Below, piece after piece: positions 11,273-23,766 of a stretch of DNA of 64,000 bases. Origin of the DNA: Gekko japonicus (lineage: Eukaryota). The stretch lies in the NCBI RefSeq assembly GCF_001447785.1, contig NW_015161518.1, positions 4,408-68,407 of the forward strand, read 5' to 3'. Each line of letters begins with the position of its first letter. The stretch's first letter is position 1. Made by a program: the position numbers and the translations under genes. Under the pieces are notes generated by a model, which was not told the origin of the DNA, searched no databases, and was given only the letters and a program-made list of their open reading frames with translations.

Positions 11273-13463
11273 AGTACAAAGGCTGAAAAGTGCTTTAAAT
11301 GGTATGGGTAAATGGTAGGGGATTCCAAATAGTAGCTGTGGTGATGGTAAAAGAAAGCCCCTTCCCACTAATGGGGTAGAAGCATTCAAGCAAAATGTCC
11401 ACCCTTTGTGAAATCCACGTATCCTCATGGCCGTTCTGCAGTGCCCTCCGCAGAGGAAGAACACCATTTCTAGCACCTTGCACAGGAAGGAGCTCATTAC
11501 TCCTTATTAATTAGGCTTTCAGTCCCTAATCTGTTTGTGTGTCTCCAACAACTGTTTACAGATAAATGTTGTAGGGTCTAATTGATGGGAGATAATTAGC
11601 TCCTCCCTAATTAGAGTGAAGTATGTTTCTTTCACTCTGTGGATTATCACTTACGGATGAAGAGCCACAGAGGGAAAGCCAAGGATGCACAATATGGCTG
11701 ATCTTAATTTGTTTAACCTATTTTCAAAGGCATATTAAATGACTAGTGAAATATCATGCTTGGACATGGATTGGGTTTCCCCCCTCACTGAGCCAAATCA
11801 GACAATTTTGGGGCAATGATTTCCATAATGGAATGTTGTGTAATGACCTAGTGTTGAACAAGGCACATGTTTAAACCCTCCAACTTGAAGTAGACATTAA
11901 AAATTTGGGTTACTAAGTCAAACATGCGAAGACTGCAGAGCTGAGATATTTTCGCTATTCATGTGTGCACAGCATCGGTTGGACATGCATTAGACTATCC
12001 AAATCCCCACTCTTGTCCCTGTTCGACCCAAGAATCCCCAGTGCCCTTCCACTGATCTCGGTATATTTGCATTCATGACTTCTACTCATTTGGCCTTGAG
12101 CAATATCTCACTAGTAGTTAATAACAATCCCAGTAACCTGACTCCAGTCTTGGACTCATTTATTTATTGATTGATATTATTATATCTTGATTTGCATTTA
12201 TTTAAAAACAAGCTGCTGGGTTTCTGAGGAATTGAGGAAGGGAAGAATTTAGAAATTTGAATCCTCCAACCCACCCCCTCCAGGTTTCTATATATTCTCA
12301 GGGGCTTAAGCAGGCTAATTTTCCAGCCCTACCCCTATTTTCTTTTAATGGGCTCTCAACATTCCATTCTCTTGGAATACATTTAGTTTTTAACTGTAGT
12401 TTTCTGGCTTTCCCCCCCTTTTAGTTAATTTATGCATCATTATTATTATTTTTTTGCATACCAAGGAGAGTTCCCAAAGTATGCGGAGATTCCTACCTTG
12501 TTGGTGGATGACCTGGTTTAGCTGTTTTCATGGCCGCCCAGGGGCCATCCCCTTTTTGAGGGATCAAAGCTTCCATTCCACTAATGATGGAACCTTCCTC
12601 CAATGCAAGGAACTTGGCACCAGCATGCTTGCTCCTGCAAGAAAGGCATGTCCTACCAGCAGAATGCTCCTTCCGTGGAAGGATATCTTAATGATACACG
12701 CATCATGGTTTTCGAAATGGTTAATGTACACCAACTATTATGGCGCCTTTTCAAATTGCCAGCTTTCAAATTCTTGTGGCACAGAAGCTAGAATCAAAAG
12801 GGCACATACTGTACAGGGCAAGGGCATGTTACCTACTGTACAGTGGTCATATAAAACATGTGCGACATGCTTAAGATGTGCATGATAATGATTCCACTGA
12901 GATCTGCTAAGAGAGCTGTGGCTTGCTAGGAGGAGGACCCTAAGAGGATTGAATAGTTTCTCAACAGTCGATGCCATCAGTATTTGAATCCTTTGTAGCC
13001 TAGACCTCTTAGTAGAGAGCCAGAGGTTGCAAAGTACAATGGATCCCAGTAAAGTGATGTATGCTGTTACTTGATCCCCACCCCCAGCCATCTCTTGCAT
13101 GTATCTTAGTTTCCCCAAGAAGTGAAGGTTTATGTAAACTATGACTACATTCAGTTGTCACAAGCAAACATTGGGAGAACAAGCCAGGAAGTCCTTGAGT
13201 TTGCATACAGGTAGTCTGGAGACTGAAGTGTTTCACAATTTATCATGTTGCATGAACTGTGGAGTTAATCCAGTCCCCAAAACCAATCTTTGAACCCCAA
13301 AGAAATCCAGTGGGATTACTATGAAGAACACTGAATTTTGGTTCGTTACAAGCCTAGCTACGATGGACAAAAAGAACTGTAAATCAAAGTCGCTTAACCA
13401 GGAGATCTCATGAGCTCACATAAAGGCCAAGTGAAGATGATAATTCAACAGTTTGCTTATATG

Positions 13464-13807
13464 CAGGGCTCTTTTTGTAGAAAAAGCCCAGCAGGAACTC
13501 ATTAGCATAACAGGCCACACCCAACAGCAGGAACTCATTAGCATATTGGGCCACACCCCTGACAGCACAGCTCATTAGCACATTAGGCCGCACCCACATG
13601 TTACCAGAAGTGTGGTTATCCATCCACACCCACCTTTCGCTTGTTATTCTGTTTACCTTGTTTGTTGTCAAAACCCAGGGCCTTTTTTTGTAGCAGGAAC
13701 TCCTTTGCATGTTAGGCCACACACCCCTAATGTAGCCAATCCTAATGAGTTTCTGCTGTTGGGTGTGGCCTATTATACTAATACATTCCTGCCCAAAAAT
13801 AGCCCTG
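13464..13807. mobile_element. hAT-family MITE
   Basis: TIRs CAGGGCT.TTTT / AAAATAGCCCTG. Perfect 8-bp TSD CTTATATG at 13456-13463 and 13808-13815. Confidence 0.9.
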
Positions 13808-14466
13808 CTTATATGAGAAAATAGAGGTGGTGTGTCTTAGCGGTATAATTGCTCACATCAAATGGAAGAGCTGCAGAGTTGCTTGGATAATCAGCCAACA
13901 ACCTTGCGCACACCTGACAAATTAAAAGGGCTCCTTTGATGAAAACAATGGACAACAGGAGTTTTCTTGGAAAATATCAGTTGCATTGAACCTAAATAAA
14001 ATAACTGGATTATAAATTTGGATAATTGGATAAGCAGGAAAATGTTGCTATTTCGAAGAATGGGAGGAGCTGCCTCTGATAAATGAAAAAGTGTATAAAA
14101 ATCCTCTCTCCCTCCTTTCTTTTCTTGCTGCTTGTACTTCCTTATTCCTTTGCTTCTCACTTATTTCATTATCTTTTAAAATATAATTGTAATTTTCTTT
14201 ATCTCCTTGGTCTTTCCTTGTTGTAATATTTTTGGAGGTTCCCTGCTGGAAGGATTCTATATAGGAACTCTAGAGGAAGAAAACTGGTTTAGACTAAGGT
14301 AGAAGCATAGGGTAACTTCAAAGGGTTTAGGTTAGCCTTTAGCTCAGGGCAACCATTTTTTCACTGGGTTGGGGGAATTCCCCCACCTTGGTGTACATTC
14401 CTCCCCTGTTGGAGCAGTAGCTGAAGAAAAGCAAGCAAACAAAAGCACCACTGTCGGACCCATGTC

Positions 14467-14672
14467 CAGTGTTCCCTCTAAGCTGAGTTAGTGTGAGCTA
14501 AATCAAAGGTTTTTTGCCTCCTGCTCACACATCTTTGTCTTAGCTCAGGAAGGATGGCTCCAGAGCAAATTAATTTATGCAGTAGCCAAATCGCTCACTC
14601 GCAACTTTAATGCCAGTAGCTCACACAGTAGAATTTTTGCTCACAAGACCCCACAGCTTAGAGGGAGCATTG
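14467..14672. mobile_element. hAT-family MITE nested in an older TAGGG-type MITE (~14340-14872)
   Basis: TIRs CAGTGTTCCCTCTAAGCTG / CAGCTTAGAGGGAGCATTG. Perfect 8-bp TSD CCCATGTC at 14459-14466 and 14673-14680. Confidence 0.9.
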
Positions 14673-15170
14673 CCCATGTCATGACTTCACTTCTGTGGGG
14701 AAACCTGGAAGTGACATCACACTTCTCTAGGATTTGCTGGATTTACCATAGTTTCCAGCAATTCCTAGAGAGGCTTGATGTTTCCCCCAGAACTGCTGTT
14801 ATGCCATTACCAATGGCACTCCCCATGGCCCCCAGACTCCCTGTGATTGCTTGGCCATGCCTGGCAACCTTACTTCAACTAGATGAGCTGGAGGTGGTTT
14901 GGAAGTTAAGGCTATTTATTGCATATTTTGCTTTTATACAATCATTGGTCTTTTTAGTATCCATACTTGTGGATTTTAATTGCTTTGCCTGAAATGAATT
15001 ACATTTTCCCATTGTCTGTGGTTTTGTATTTTGTCTTGGTTTGAAGGGTTTATAGTTTTGGTGTCACTTTATTTGATGGGTTGTACGTGGATCAAAATAA
15101 ATGGAAATGATTTATTAAGCATAACTAATGAGTCTGCATATTTTTCCTCTTTGGTCAGTGTTGACCTCTG

Positions 15171-15330
15171 NNNNNNNNNNNNNNNNNNNNNNNNNNNNNN
15201 NNNNNNNNNNNNNNNNNNNNNNNNNNNNNNNNNNNNNNNNNNNNNNNNNNNNNNNNNNNNNNNNNNNNNNNNNNNNNNNNNNNNNNNNNNNNNNNNNNNN
15301 NNNNNNNNNNNNNNNNNNNNNNNNNNNNNN
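15171..15330. other. Assembly gap
   Basis: Run of N. Confidence 1.
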
Positions 15331-15580
15331 TTATACTTCACTACCTGAAGGAGTCTCAGAGTGGTTTACGATCTCCTTCCCCTTCCCCTCACCACAACAG
15401 ACACCCTGTGAGGTAGGTGGGGCTGAGAGAGCTCTCTCAAAAACTGTCCTTGAGAGAACAGCTCTGAGAGAACTTGTAACTGAACCAAGGTCACACCAGC
15501 AGCTGCATGTGGAGGAGTGGGGAATCAAACCCAATTCTTCCAGATTAGCATCTGTGCTCCTAACCACTACACCAAACTGA
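15331..15580 (-). mobile_element. tRNA-derived SINE (Squam3-like)
   Basis: Reverse complement of 18190-18460. Head CAGTTTGGTGTAGTGGTTAG. Confidence 0.85.
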
Positions 15581-15795
15581 ACCACTAAACCAGGATCTGA
15601 TTCTTAAACCAGAATTAAACTGTGGCTTAGAAGGGGAGCATATGAGCTTTGTCATGAACAAAGTAAAGGTCTTATTTTAAAATGGTGGGAGGATCTGATC
15701 CCAGATGAATGAGCTTCTTATCTAGCATGACAGTTGTTGAGAGGGAACGGGACAGCCCCTCCCCCTGCATAGTGCTGATTTGGCTCTCTGCACTA

Positions 15796-16276
15796 TGTAG
15801 GGGTGATGCACAAATCAGTGCCCCCGGGGCCAAATAAGGAACACATGGTTGGAGTTCAGGGAGTGGATAAATATCTCTTTATTGCAGTAGTCAGGAGGAT
15901 ACAGGACTGGATACCTTAGCACCCAGTACCACCAAGCTGTATTCTGCCCCAACCAGGAAGGGCAATAGGTCTTACACCCCAAATGACATCATTACAGTTT
16001 ATACATTAAGAAATCTTCTTTGGTGTCCAACAGGTCTCATCATCAAAGCATCACTTGAGCTTCTCTATTGGCAAGCTCCTATCTGGATCAGAATTACAAG
16101 CCTTCAAATTTTCTTATCTGGTCACAGATGACAGAGGGGCTTTTGGGAACAATGAGGTCTTCTTTTGGCATCATTCCTGGTTTATTTGCTTCAGCCTGAA
16201 TCTAGGGAGTTTTCTGATAAGATGCATGAAACTTAGCTCTTGGCCAACTTAGTGGGGCCAGATACTCTATTCTACA
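15796..16276 (-). mobile_element. Possible solo LTR
   Basis: TGTAG...CTACA termini and a minus-strand AATAAA near 15880. No convincing TSD. Confidence 0.3.
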
Positions 16277-16764
16277 CAGAAAGTTATTTGTTTTGAAAAC
16301 ACTATCTTCTCTTCAGAAGTGTCCTTCAGTTGAGGAACTTGTAATTTCAAAACATACATACCATTCCACTATTTTCTGAATCTATCTAAAAGAACCTTTG
16401 ACAATTAAAAATACTCTATAAATGTAATAAAATAAATAAATAATAATAAATAATTACTTCTATTCTAAGTCTCTTCTGCTTGGGCTAAATACTAAAAATC
16501 AGACTCTTAATAAAACACAATGACAGCTGTTAAGAGAAATGTCAGAAATCACAATCATAAATCACATTCACTGGTTCCTTGTCCTACAGGGGGAGGGGGC
16601 TGTACCAGCTATTCCTTCTTACGTTGACTCTGTTAAGGTGTTATGCATGTTTATTCAGAGGTAAGTCAGTGTCATAACAAAGAGGGAATAGGATTGTGGA
16701 CTAAAATATCAAAAAGCCCATTAGTGATTTATCAGGCCAAACTGAAGTTCTACTTTGTTATGAC

Positions 16765-16933
16765 CTATTTATCTACTTGCAATTTCTTGCTTTCGAACTG
16801 CTAGGTTGGCAGGAGCTGGAACTAGGGACAGGAGCTCACCCCGTCTTGCGGCACCCGGGTCTTGAACTGCTGAACTACTGACCTTCCACAGCCTGAAGTT
16901 CAGCGTCTTAACCACTTGAGCCACCGCAGCTCC
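16765..16933 (-). mobile_element. Sauria SINE (5' portion)
   Basis: Homologous to 58914-59255 (GGAGCTGCGGTGGCTCAAGTGGTTAAG...CCTAGCAGTTCGAAAGC...GTAGATAAATAGG). Confidence 0.85.
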
Positions 16934-17612
16934 AAGTATGCCTTTAAATCAATGCTAAATATTCTTTCTGAAAATAGACTCCTTGTATATTTCCTTTTTG
17001 AACACGCTCTTAGAAATGAGAGAGGCAAACATTTTGATTGCATCCTAGGGGGGCTGGAAAGGTCTTGGCTTTTACTTCTGACCTAAAGTTTCCTCTTACT
17101 TCACCCCCTGCCTTGCAACATACAGTTCAGCCATCAGTAAGTTATGGGAAGTAGCTTTCCAAAAACAAGATACACCGCATGGATGATAAAATAAATTTCC
17201 CATCTCTCTCATGCCATTAAAAAGAGAAAACACCTTTTTCCCTCACAGGTTTCTCTTGGCTCCTGAACACAAATCATGCCATAAACAAGAGAAAAGCCCA
17301 TGTGGGGGTTCCTCTTTTTTGTATTAAAAGGTTCTTCAGAGAACCTTTGGGAGTCTCTGAAGTGAAAGGTAACACCTTCCTATACTTTATTCATCCCCTG
17401 TTGCCCTGGAAAAAGCTATTTCCTTAGCCTGCTGACTTCTTGATGTCAGTGTAACCATACTAATTGGAAAAGGTTGTGAACTTGGCTACTGTAGTCAGAT
17501 TTCTTGTTTCTCCCCTCTACCAGAACTGGAAAACTTTATTTGTGTGCCTGGGCTGACATTACCACACCAGTGGAAAATCAACGTTTTGTTTATTTGCTTT
17601 GAAGCCTACTGA

Positions 17613-17653
17613 TCTTCCTTCCTTCCTTCCTTCCTTCCTTCCTTCCTTCCTTC
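17613..17653 (+). repeat. (CTTC)n microsatellite
   Basis: Seen directly. Confidence 0.95.
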
Positions 17654-17722
17654 CACACAGCACATAGGCTTTTAGACAAAATAATATTACAATAATAGAA
17701 ATATACAAAAAAAGAGACAACT

Positions 17723-18010
17723 GGGCCAGATATCACGGGGGGGAGGCGTGGCTAATTGCACAGGCGGCACACCACGGGTCCTTCCCTTGGTGCCGGTGGG
17801 TAAACGAGGGACCGGAGGGAAATGCCGTGATCACACCACGGGCATCTGGAGGCAGCCCATGGCAAACGTTTACTAGTACCTTGTCACCGGGAAGCCACGG
17901 GTTAGCCATGGGAGCACTACGCTTCCCAGATGTTGTGGTGTGATCGCACCTGGAAAATCCGTCTATCATCCGTTTCTTTAGCGCAGCAAATGCTCCGTGT
18001 GAACGGGGCC
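17723..18010. mobile_element. PIF/Harbinger-like MITE remnant (CpG-rich)
   Basis: Right end CCGTGTGAACGGGGCC matches the TIR of 59885-60244. Left TIR is degenerate. Confidence 0.5.
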
Positions 18011-18064
18011 AAAGCTAACAAAAAAGAGGCTTGTCTAAGACAATGGAGGCTTCAGGCTTATAAC

Positions 18065-18578
18065 TAGGGTGGCCAACAGGCCTGGAGAAAAATGTATTAT
18101 ACTTTTAAAACAGAGGCTTAAGTTGTAGAAATAGGCAATTGAAGCATTGCATGCCATGGAGCTAAATTAACATCACTTGTTAAATAATATCCAGTTTGGT
18201 GTAGTGGTTAAGTGTGTGGACTCTAATCTGGAAGAACCGGGTTTGATTCCCCACTCCTCCACTTGCACCTGCTGATGTGACCTTGGGTCAGTCACAAGCT
18301 CTGGCACAGCTGTCCTTGAAAAAGAGCAGTTTGTGTCAGAGTTCTCTCAGCCCCACCTACCTCACAGGGTGTCTGTTGTGGGGAGGGGAAGGGAAAGGAG
18401 TTTGTAAGCCGCTCTGAGACACCTTTGGGTAGTGAAGGGCGGGGTATAAATCCAATCTCTTATCTTCTTCTTCTTCTTCTTCTTCTTCTTCTTCTTCTTC
18501 TTCTTCTTCTTCTTCTTCTTCTTTAAAGCTTTGTTAAAGAGACAGGACCTTTTTTCTCCAGGCCTGCTTGCAATCCTA
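18065..18578. mobile_element. hAT-like MITE interrupted by a SINE
   Basis: TIRs TAGGGTGGCCAACAGGCCTGGAGAAAAA / TTTTTCTCCAGGCCTGCTTGCAATCCTA. Imperfect 8-bp TSD CTTATAAC/CTTACAGC. Confidence 0.7.
18190..18522 (+). mobile_element. tRNA-derived SINE (Squam3-like) with (TTC)n tail
   Basis: Pol III A box TGGTGTAGTGG, B box GGTTTGATTCC, L2-like 3' end GTAAGCCGC...GGGCGGGGTATAAAT, then a (TTC)n tail. Confidence 0.9.
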
Positions 18579-19920
18579 CTTACAGCTCTCTAGTCGAAGT
18601 TGCCAAATTTTTGTTCAAGGGATCCTGTGTCTGCTTGACTATTATAAATTCAGCAGGGGATTTTCTCCTAATCTGCACATGCACTGAATTTGTCCATCTG
18701 AATGTTCTCATGGCATACAGGTTTTAAAGGCACAGGAGTTGCATCAGAAGAAAAAATTATATTCCAAATAAAACATGAATAGGATCAGGATGGAAATTCA
18801 AGGAAACTCTCACTTGTTAAGATTTAAATATGTGTTTGCTAGAAGTTCTACTAAACTCTGCTTTATTCAGAAAATATTCTGGTGGCAAAACAAATGAATG
18901 ATCAGAAATGCAGTGACTTTTCACAAGAACATCCTTTCAAGATTCCATGAAGTCAGATGGCCCTCTTTGGTCTTACCAACCTAATTGCCTTCCATTTATT
19001 TGTCTCTGAAGCTTTGCTTTTAAAGATGCAGGCTGCAAAACTGAAGGCAAAGAGTGTGGTCAGGTGTTGTAATCCTGGATAATTAACAGCTGGAAGTCAT
19101 TACATGCTACTGGCAAGGACCAGCTGCTCTGGACCTGGAGGACTTTTTTTGGCTGACTGGAAGGTAGTGTAACTAGAATGGGGAGCTGTATCTAGGATCT
19201 TCTCTCTGTGCTGGGTGTGCAGTTGTGTTGGATGTGACTGGGAGCTAAAATTGTTTTGCATTGGGTAAGTCTAGAGATCAGCTTTGTTTACAGTAGTAAT
19301 GCTTGTTTGTGCACAGTTTCTGTGCTTCATCTTAAAAGACAAAAATTGACTAGCTGCTGGAGAACAAAACTGGTTCTCTTGCAGAATGCAAGAAACTTCT
19401 GTTAATATGTTAGTTTCACAGAGAAACTAGAAACTGAGATGGCTTATTTAATTGGACCCTATATGTGTTTGAAGATGTGATTGGTGCAGTATTTGTTTTT
19501 AATAGTGACAAAGCATATTCAGTGGAAAACTGGATTGTTTGGTTTGGGCCATGCAAAGTGTAGGTATAAACAGCCTGTGAGACTGTTGGAATGCAGAGAT
19601 GGATGCCCCTTAATCTAGGAGATTCCAGGTTCAAGACTATGGGCTCTGTTTCTTGGTAGCTTTTTTAAAAAAATGTTTTATTAAGAAGAGTAAAACAACA
19701 TAACAGCATAATCAAACATGTCAAAATAACTAACCAGTACAGTAAGTGGTTAACAAAAGAAAAACTTAAAGACATAGCCAAACCCAAACAATCTACAGAA
19801 CAATAAACCTTAATCGCTATCCTTTAGCCTATATACTGATGAGTGAAGCGACTAAAACCGACTTCTCAAATGGTGATCGAGCTAATGTAACGTGTTCTAT
19901 GAGCTTGAACAGAGATAAAA

Positions 19921-22900
19921 TTAAAAACGTATCCAGGGGATATAAGCAGCCTTAGATGGAATTATGTCCTTCTCTGACATATATTGTAGCACAGAAAACC
20001 ACACTGCAACAAATCGCTCATAAGCCTTTGTTGTATCTACTAATGTAGCCTGAGTGACCTGTGTCAGCTTCTCTAAAATAAATAGATCCCAAATTTTATC
20101 ATGCCATGTTTGTATCAGGGGAGGAGAACTGGCTTTCCATCCAGCCGCTATGGTTAAACGAGCTGCAGCCAGAAGTTTAGATATAAGATCTTTCTGAGCC
20201 CTAGTAGCCATTACTTCCTCCATCATATCAAAAAGCACTAATTTTGGACAAACAGGTAAGTTTAATGATTTAATATCACTTATTTTCCCTAGAACCTCTT
20301 CCCAAAATGAATGAATGACAGGACATTCCCACCAACAGTGAAAATACAAGCCTGTGTGCACATTTTTTCCAACACTGTGAGCTTAAAGCCGGACTTATCT
20401 TGTGCAATTTCTCTGGTGTGAAGTACCATCGGGTAATCAATTTAAAAGACTGCAAGTGGACATTAAAATTCCTTGAACGATTAGCAGACGAGTTCCTGAT
20501 GTCAGTCCACATTTGTTCAGAGATCTCCACCTGTAAGTCCTCTTGCCACCTGAATTGATGTTTCAGCATCGTTCGGTTCTCCATTTCAAGTAGCACCTTA
20601 CATAAAGCCGCCATTAATCCTTTAGATGAGTTTGTAAATGTACGCAGAATGACTTCGAACCCTGAGTAGCGTCTCTCAAAGGTGCGATTAGATGCCAAAA
20701 GTTCAGTTAAATTTTTTAGCTGTAAATAACTATGCCAAGAGAAGCACACCCCGGCTTGTTCCTCAAAGGACACTTTGTCTCGGATTTTTCCATGTGACAC
20801 CAGATCAGACAAACGAGAAAAACCTGCTCGCTTCCAGTCACCAAAGTCTTCTGGCCCATGTGCTGCCGGAAACCACGGCTGATTTATGAAAGTAGAAAGT
20901 GGCGAGATGTCTTGTATCTGCTGTTTCTTTCTGTGATCCCATACCTTCAACATTAAAGACAACCAAGGATTCTCCCGACAGGTTTTCAGTCGACGAGCTA
21001 GTAACATCCAACAAACTTACTGCAGGTTATAAGGGGCGGCATAGCACTGCTCCATGCGACACCATAAGGGTGGTGTTTCCCTTTGGGCTTGTACCACTGC
21101 CGTGAGGATGGCAGCTTGATAATAGATCCGAAGGAGAGAAAAGTCCAATCCTCCCAGATGGGCTGGTTTCGTCAATATGTTCACATTAATCCGAGATTTT
21201 TTCCCTTCCCATAGGAAGGATTGCAGAAACCTTTACCACTGCTGAAGTGCCTTATTCAGAATAAATATCGCACGTATTCAGAAGAGGAACAAAAACTTGG
21301 GCAAAATAAAGCTCTTTATCAGATGGAGCCTGTCAGGCAACGAGAAATTAAGAGCATCCCAGTCCTTAACTTGCACCTTAATGGAATCATAAAGCTTGTC
21401 ATAATTATGGTGCATTAGATCTTTGAGGTCTATTGGGAATTTGACTCCTAAATGTCGCCATGACCCTGTAATCCACTTGTAAGGAGAGAGTTCCATTATT
21501 TGCCTCTTCAGCTGGTCAGGCACCAATACCGGGTATAGTTCCAATTTTGTTGGATTGATTCGCAGACCAGATGCTTTCCCAAACAAGGACAAGATATGTT
21601 CTATATGAGGCAAAGAATGAGTTGGATTGGAAATGTAAAGGGTTAGGTCATCCACGTATAGGTTGACCTTATGCTCATGTCCTCCCATGTTGATCCCCGA
21701 AAAGTTTATGCAATGCCGCAGTTGTTCTGCCAGCGGCTCTATCACCAGTGCAAAAAGTAGGGGAGACAACGGACAACCTTGTCGTGTTCCTCTTGTGGGG
21801 TAGAAAGGATAAGAGAAACAACCATTCACACGCACCTTTGAGGTAGGCTTCGCATATAATGCCTCCATGGCTTTTAAGAAGTTGCCCCGAAAGCCCAAAT
21901 CCCATTTGTGTCAAAGTCGCGCTCATAAAGGGTATTTCCACTGAGTCAAAAGCTTTGGTGAAATCCAACGCCAGGATTACCAATTCAATCTTTCTTTTCC
22001 GGCCAAATAAAATGATATTAAAAGTCCTCCTAACATTTTCTGGTAATTGTCGTTTCGGGATAAAACCAGTTTCATCTTCCTTGACATAACTGGCAATGAA
22101 AGATTTAAGTCTATTGGCTAAGATTGAGGTAAAAAGTTTTGCATCTTGATTAAGTAATGCAATAGGCCGGTAAGACGAGGGATCTGTGGTGTCCTTGTTG
22201 TCTTTTTGCAGCACCAAAATATTGGATTCTGTCCACGATGGAGGGATTTTGCCCAAGACCATCGCCTCATTACATGTATCTAACAGATGTTTTGCTATTG
22301 AAGAATGGAAAGTTTTATAGAATTTTGACAGTATCCCATTCGGGTCAGTAGATATATTTGTCTTTGATGCTTTAACAGCATCCATAAGTTCCTGCAGAGA
22401 GATTGGCTGCTCCATGAGAGATGCGTGTTCTTCTGAAAGACACTTGGAAAATTGTGAAGTGGCCAGGAACGAGTTGATGTCTTCCACCTTCGGTTTCTCT
22501 GATAGATAGACATTATCAAAAAAATCTGCAAGGGAGTCAGCTATTTCCTTCGATGCAAATCGTGAAGAACCATCAGATCCTGTCAGAGAACCTATGAAGG
22601 AGGCCTTTCTTCTGTTGTTCACCCTCCATTTAAGTAGTCGGATATTTTTAGAAGATTTGATCCACATCCATCGTTTAAGGAATAAACGGTTCTTCTGAAT
22701 TATATTAACATCTAACACCTCTAAGGCCTTACGTTCTGCCAACAGCTTTTGAAAAATCTTCTTCCCACCTGATCTTTTATGTTCCATTTCTAAGCTCTTT
22801 ATCTGCAGTAATAAATCAGATCTAACCCTTTCTTTTTCGTTCCTTAGATGCGCCGTTATTGCGATTATGGAGCCTCTCATTACAGCTTTCATTGAGTCCC

Positions 22901-23766
22901 AGAGGACCAAGGTAGAAATTTCTGGGGTAGCGTTCTCCTTAAAGACGTTTTCAATATCCTTTGTCAATGAATCACGCACCGTTTCTTTCAATAAAATGTT
23001 TCTATCCATCGTCCAGCTTCTGTCCTTCTTGAACTAACCTCTGTATTCATTGAGCAATCAAGCCACGCATGATCTGTTAAATAACGTGGGTTGATACTCA
23101 TGGAAGAGATACACGGAAGAAGATTTTGTGACATCAGTATATAATCTATCCTTGAAAAGACATTATGTCTCACCGAAAAATAAGTATAATCCATTGTCGT
23201 AGGATTGAACAACCTCCAAGTGTCACAGAGCTCATATCTATCAAACAGCTTCGATAACTTTGTGATCGGCGAGCCCGTACTATGAGCACGTGTGGTATGC
23301 CATGATTGATCTAACCTACTATTAGCAATGAAGTTTAAATCAGCACCAATAATAATTTCCCCAGCAGAGAATCTCTTTAGAGCTGCGAATGTTTTATTTA
23401 AAAAATCGATTTGATTCTTGTTCGGAGCGTATATACTGGCCAAGGTCACCTGGTTCCCCTCCATCAGCCCATTGGTTCTATCTGCTTGGCTTGTAAAACA
23501 AAATTAATATTTTCCCCAAAAAATATCGCCACCCCTCTGCTTTTGGAATTTCCTAGGGCTTGAAATTGCAGAGGGTACAAAGCAGTTTTTAAAATTGGAT
23601 TAGAATCATCTTTAGCATGGGTTTCCTGGAAAAAAAGAACTCCTGGCCTTATTTTTTTAACGTGTTGTTGAACTTTTTTGCGTTTGATAGGATTGTTCAA
23701 TCCTCTAATATTAACAGAATTAATTTTTAGATCGATCACCATTGCGACTATCGGCTGTCCACCCAA
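19921..23766 (-). pseudogene. L1 ORF2 (APE endonuclease, RT, CCHC), frameshifted
   Basis: SVNIRGLN, QETH, IYAPN, SRIDY, TDHA, YRPIALLNQD, LDFTKAFDSV, GTRQGCPLSP, YVDD and CW..C...H.WWEC across six ORF pieces. Confidence 0.95.

Noticed and set aside
12454-12885. 143-aa ORF in unique sequence
   Set aside because: Non-ATG start, Cys/Trp-rich random-like composition, no recognisable domain or convincing splice pair.
13485-13600. CRISPR-like repeat-spacer array
   Set aside because: Eukaryotic context; these are short degenerate subterminal repeats inside a TSD-flanked MITE.
15031-15580. ORFs spanning poly-X (also 30850-31096)
   Set aside because: Artefacts of translating through N gaps.
17249-17368. 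120-nt AG/GT-bounded segment with one open frame (FSWLLNTNHAINKRK...)
   Set aside because: Peptide not recognised, weak donor and no partner exons; expected by chance in 64 kb.
18190-18265. tRNA gene
   Set aside because: The A/B boxes are the head of a multi-copy SINE; no complete cloverleaf.
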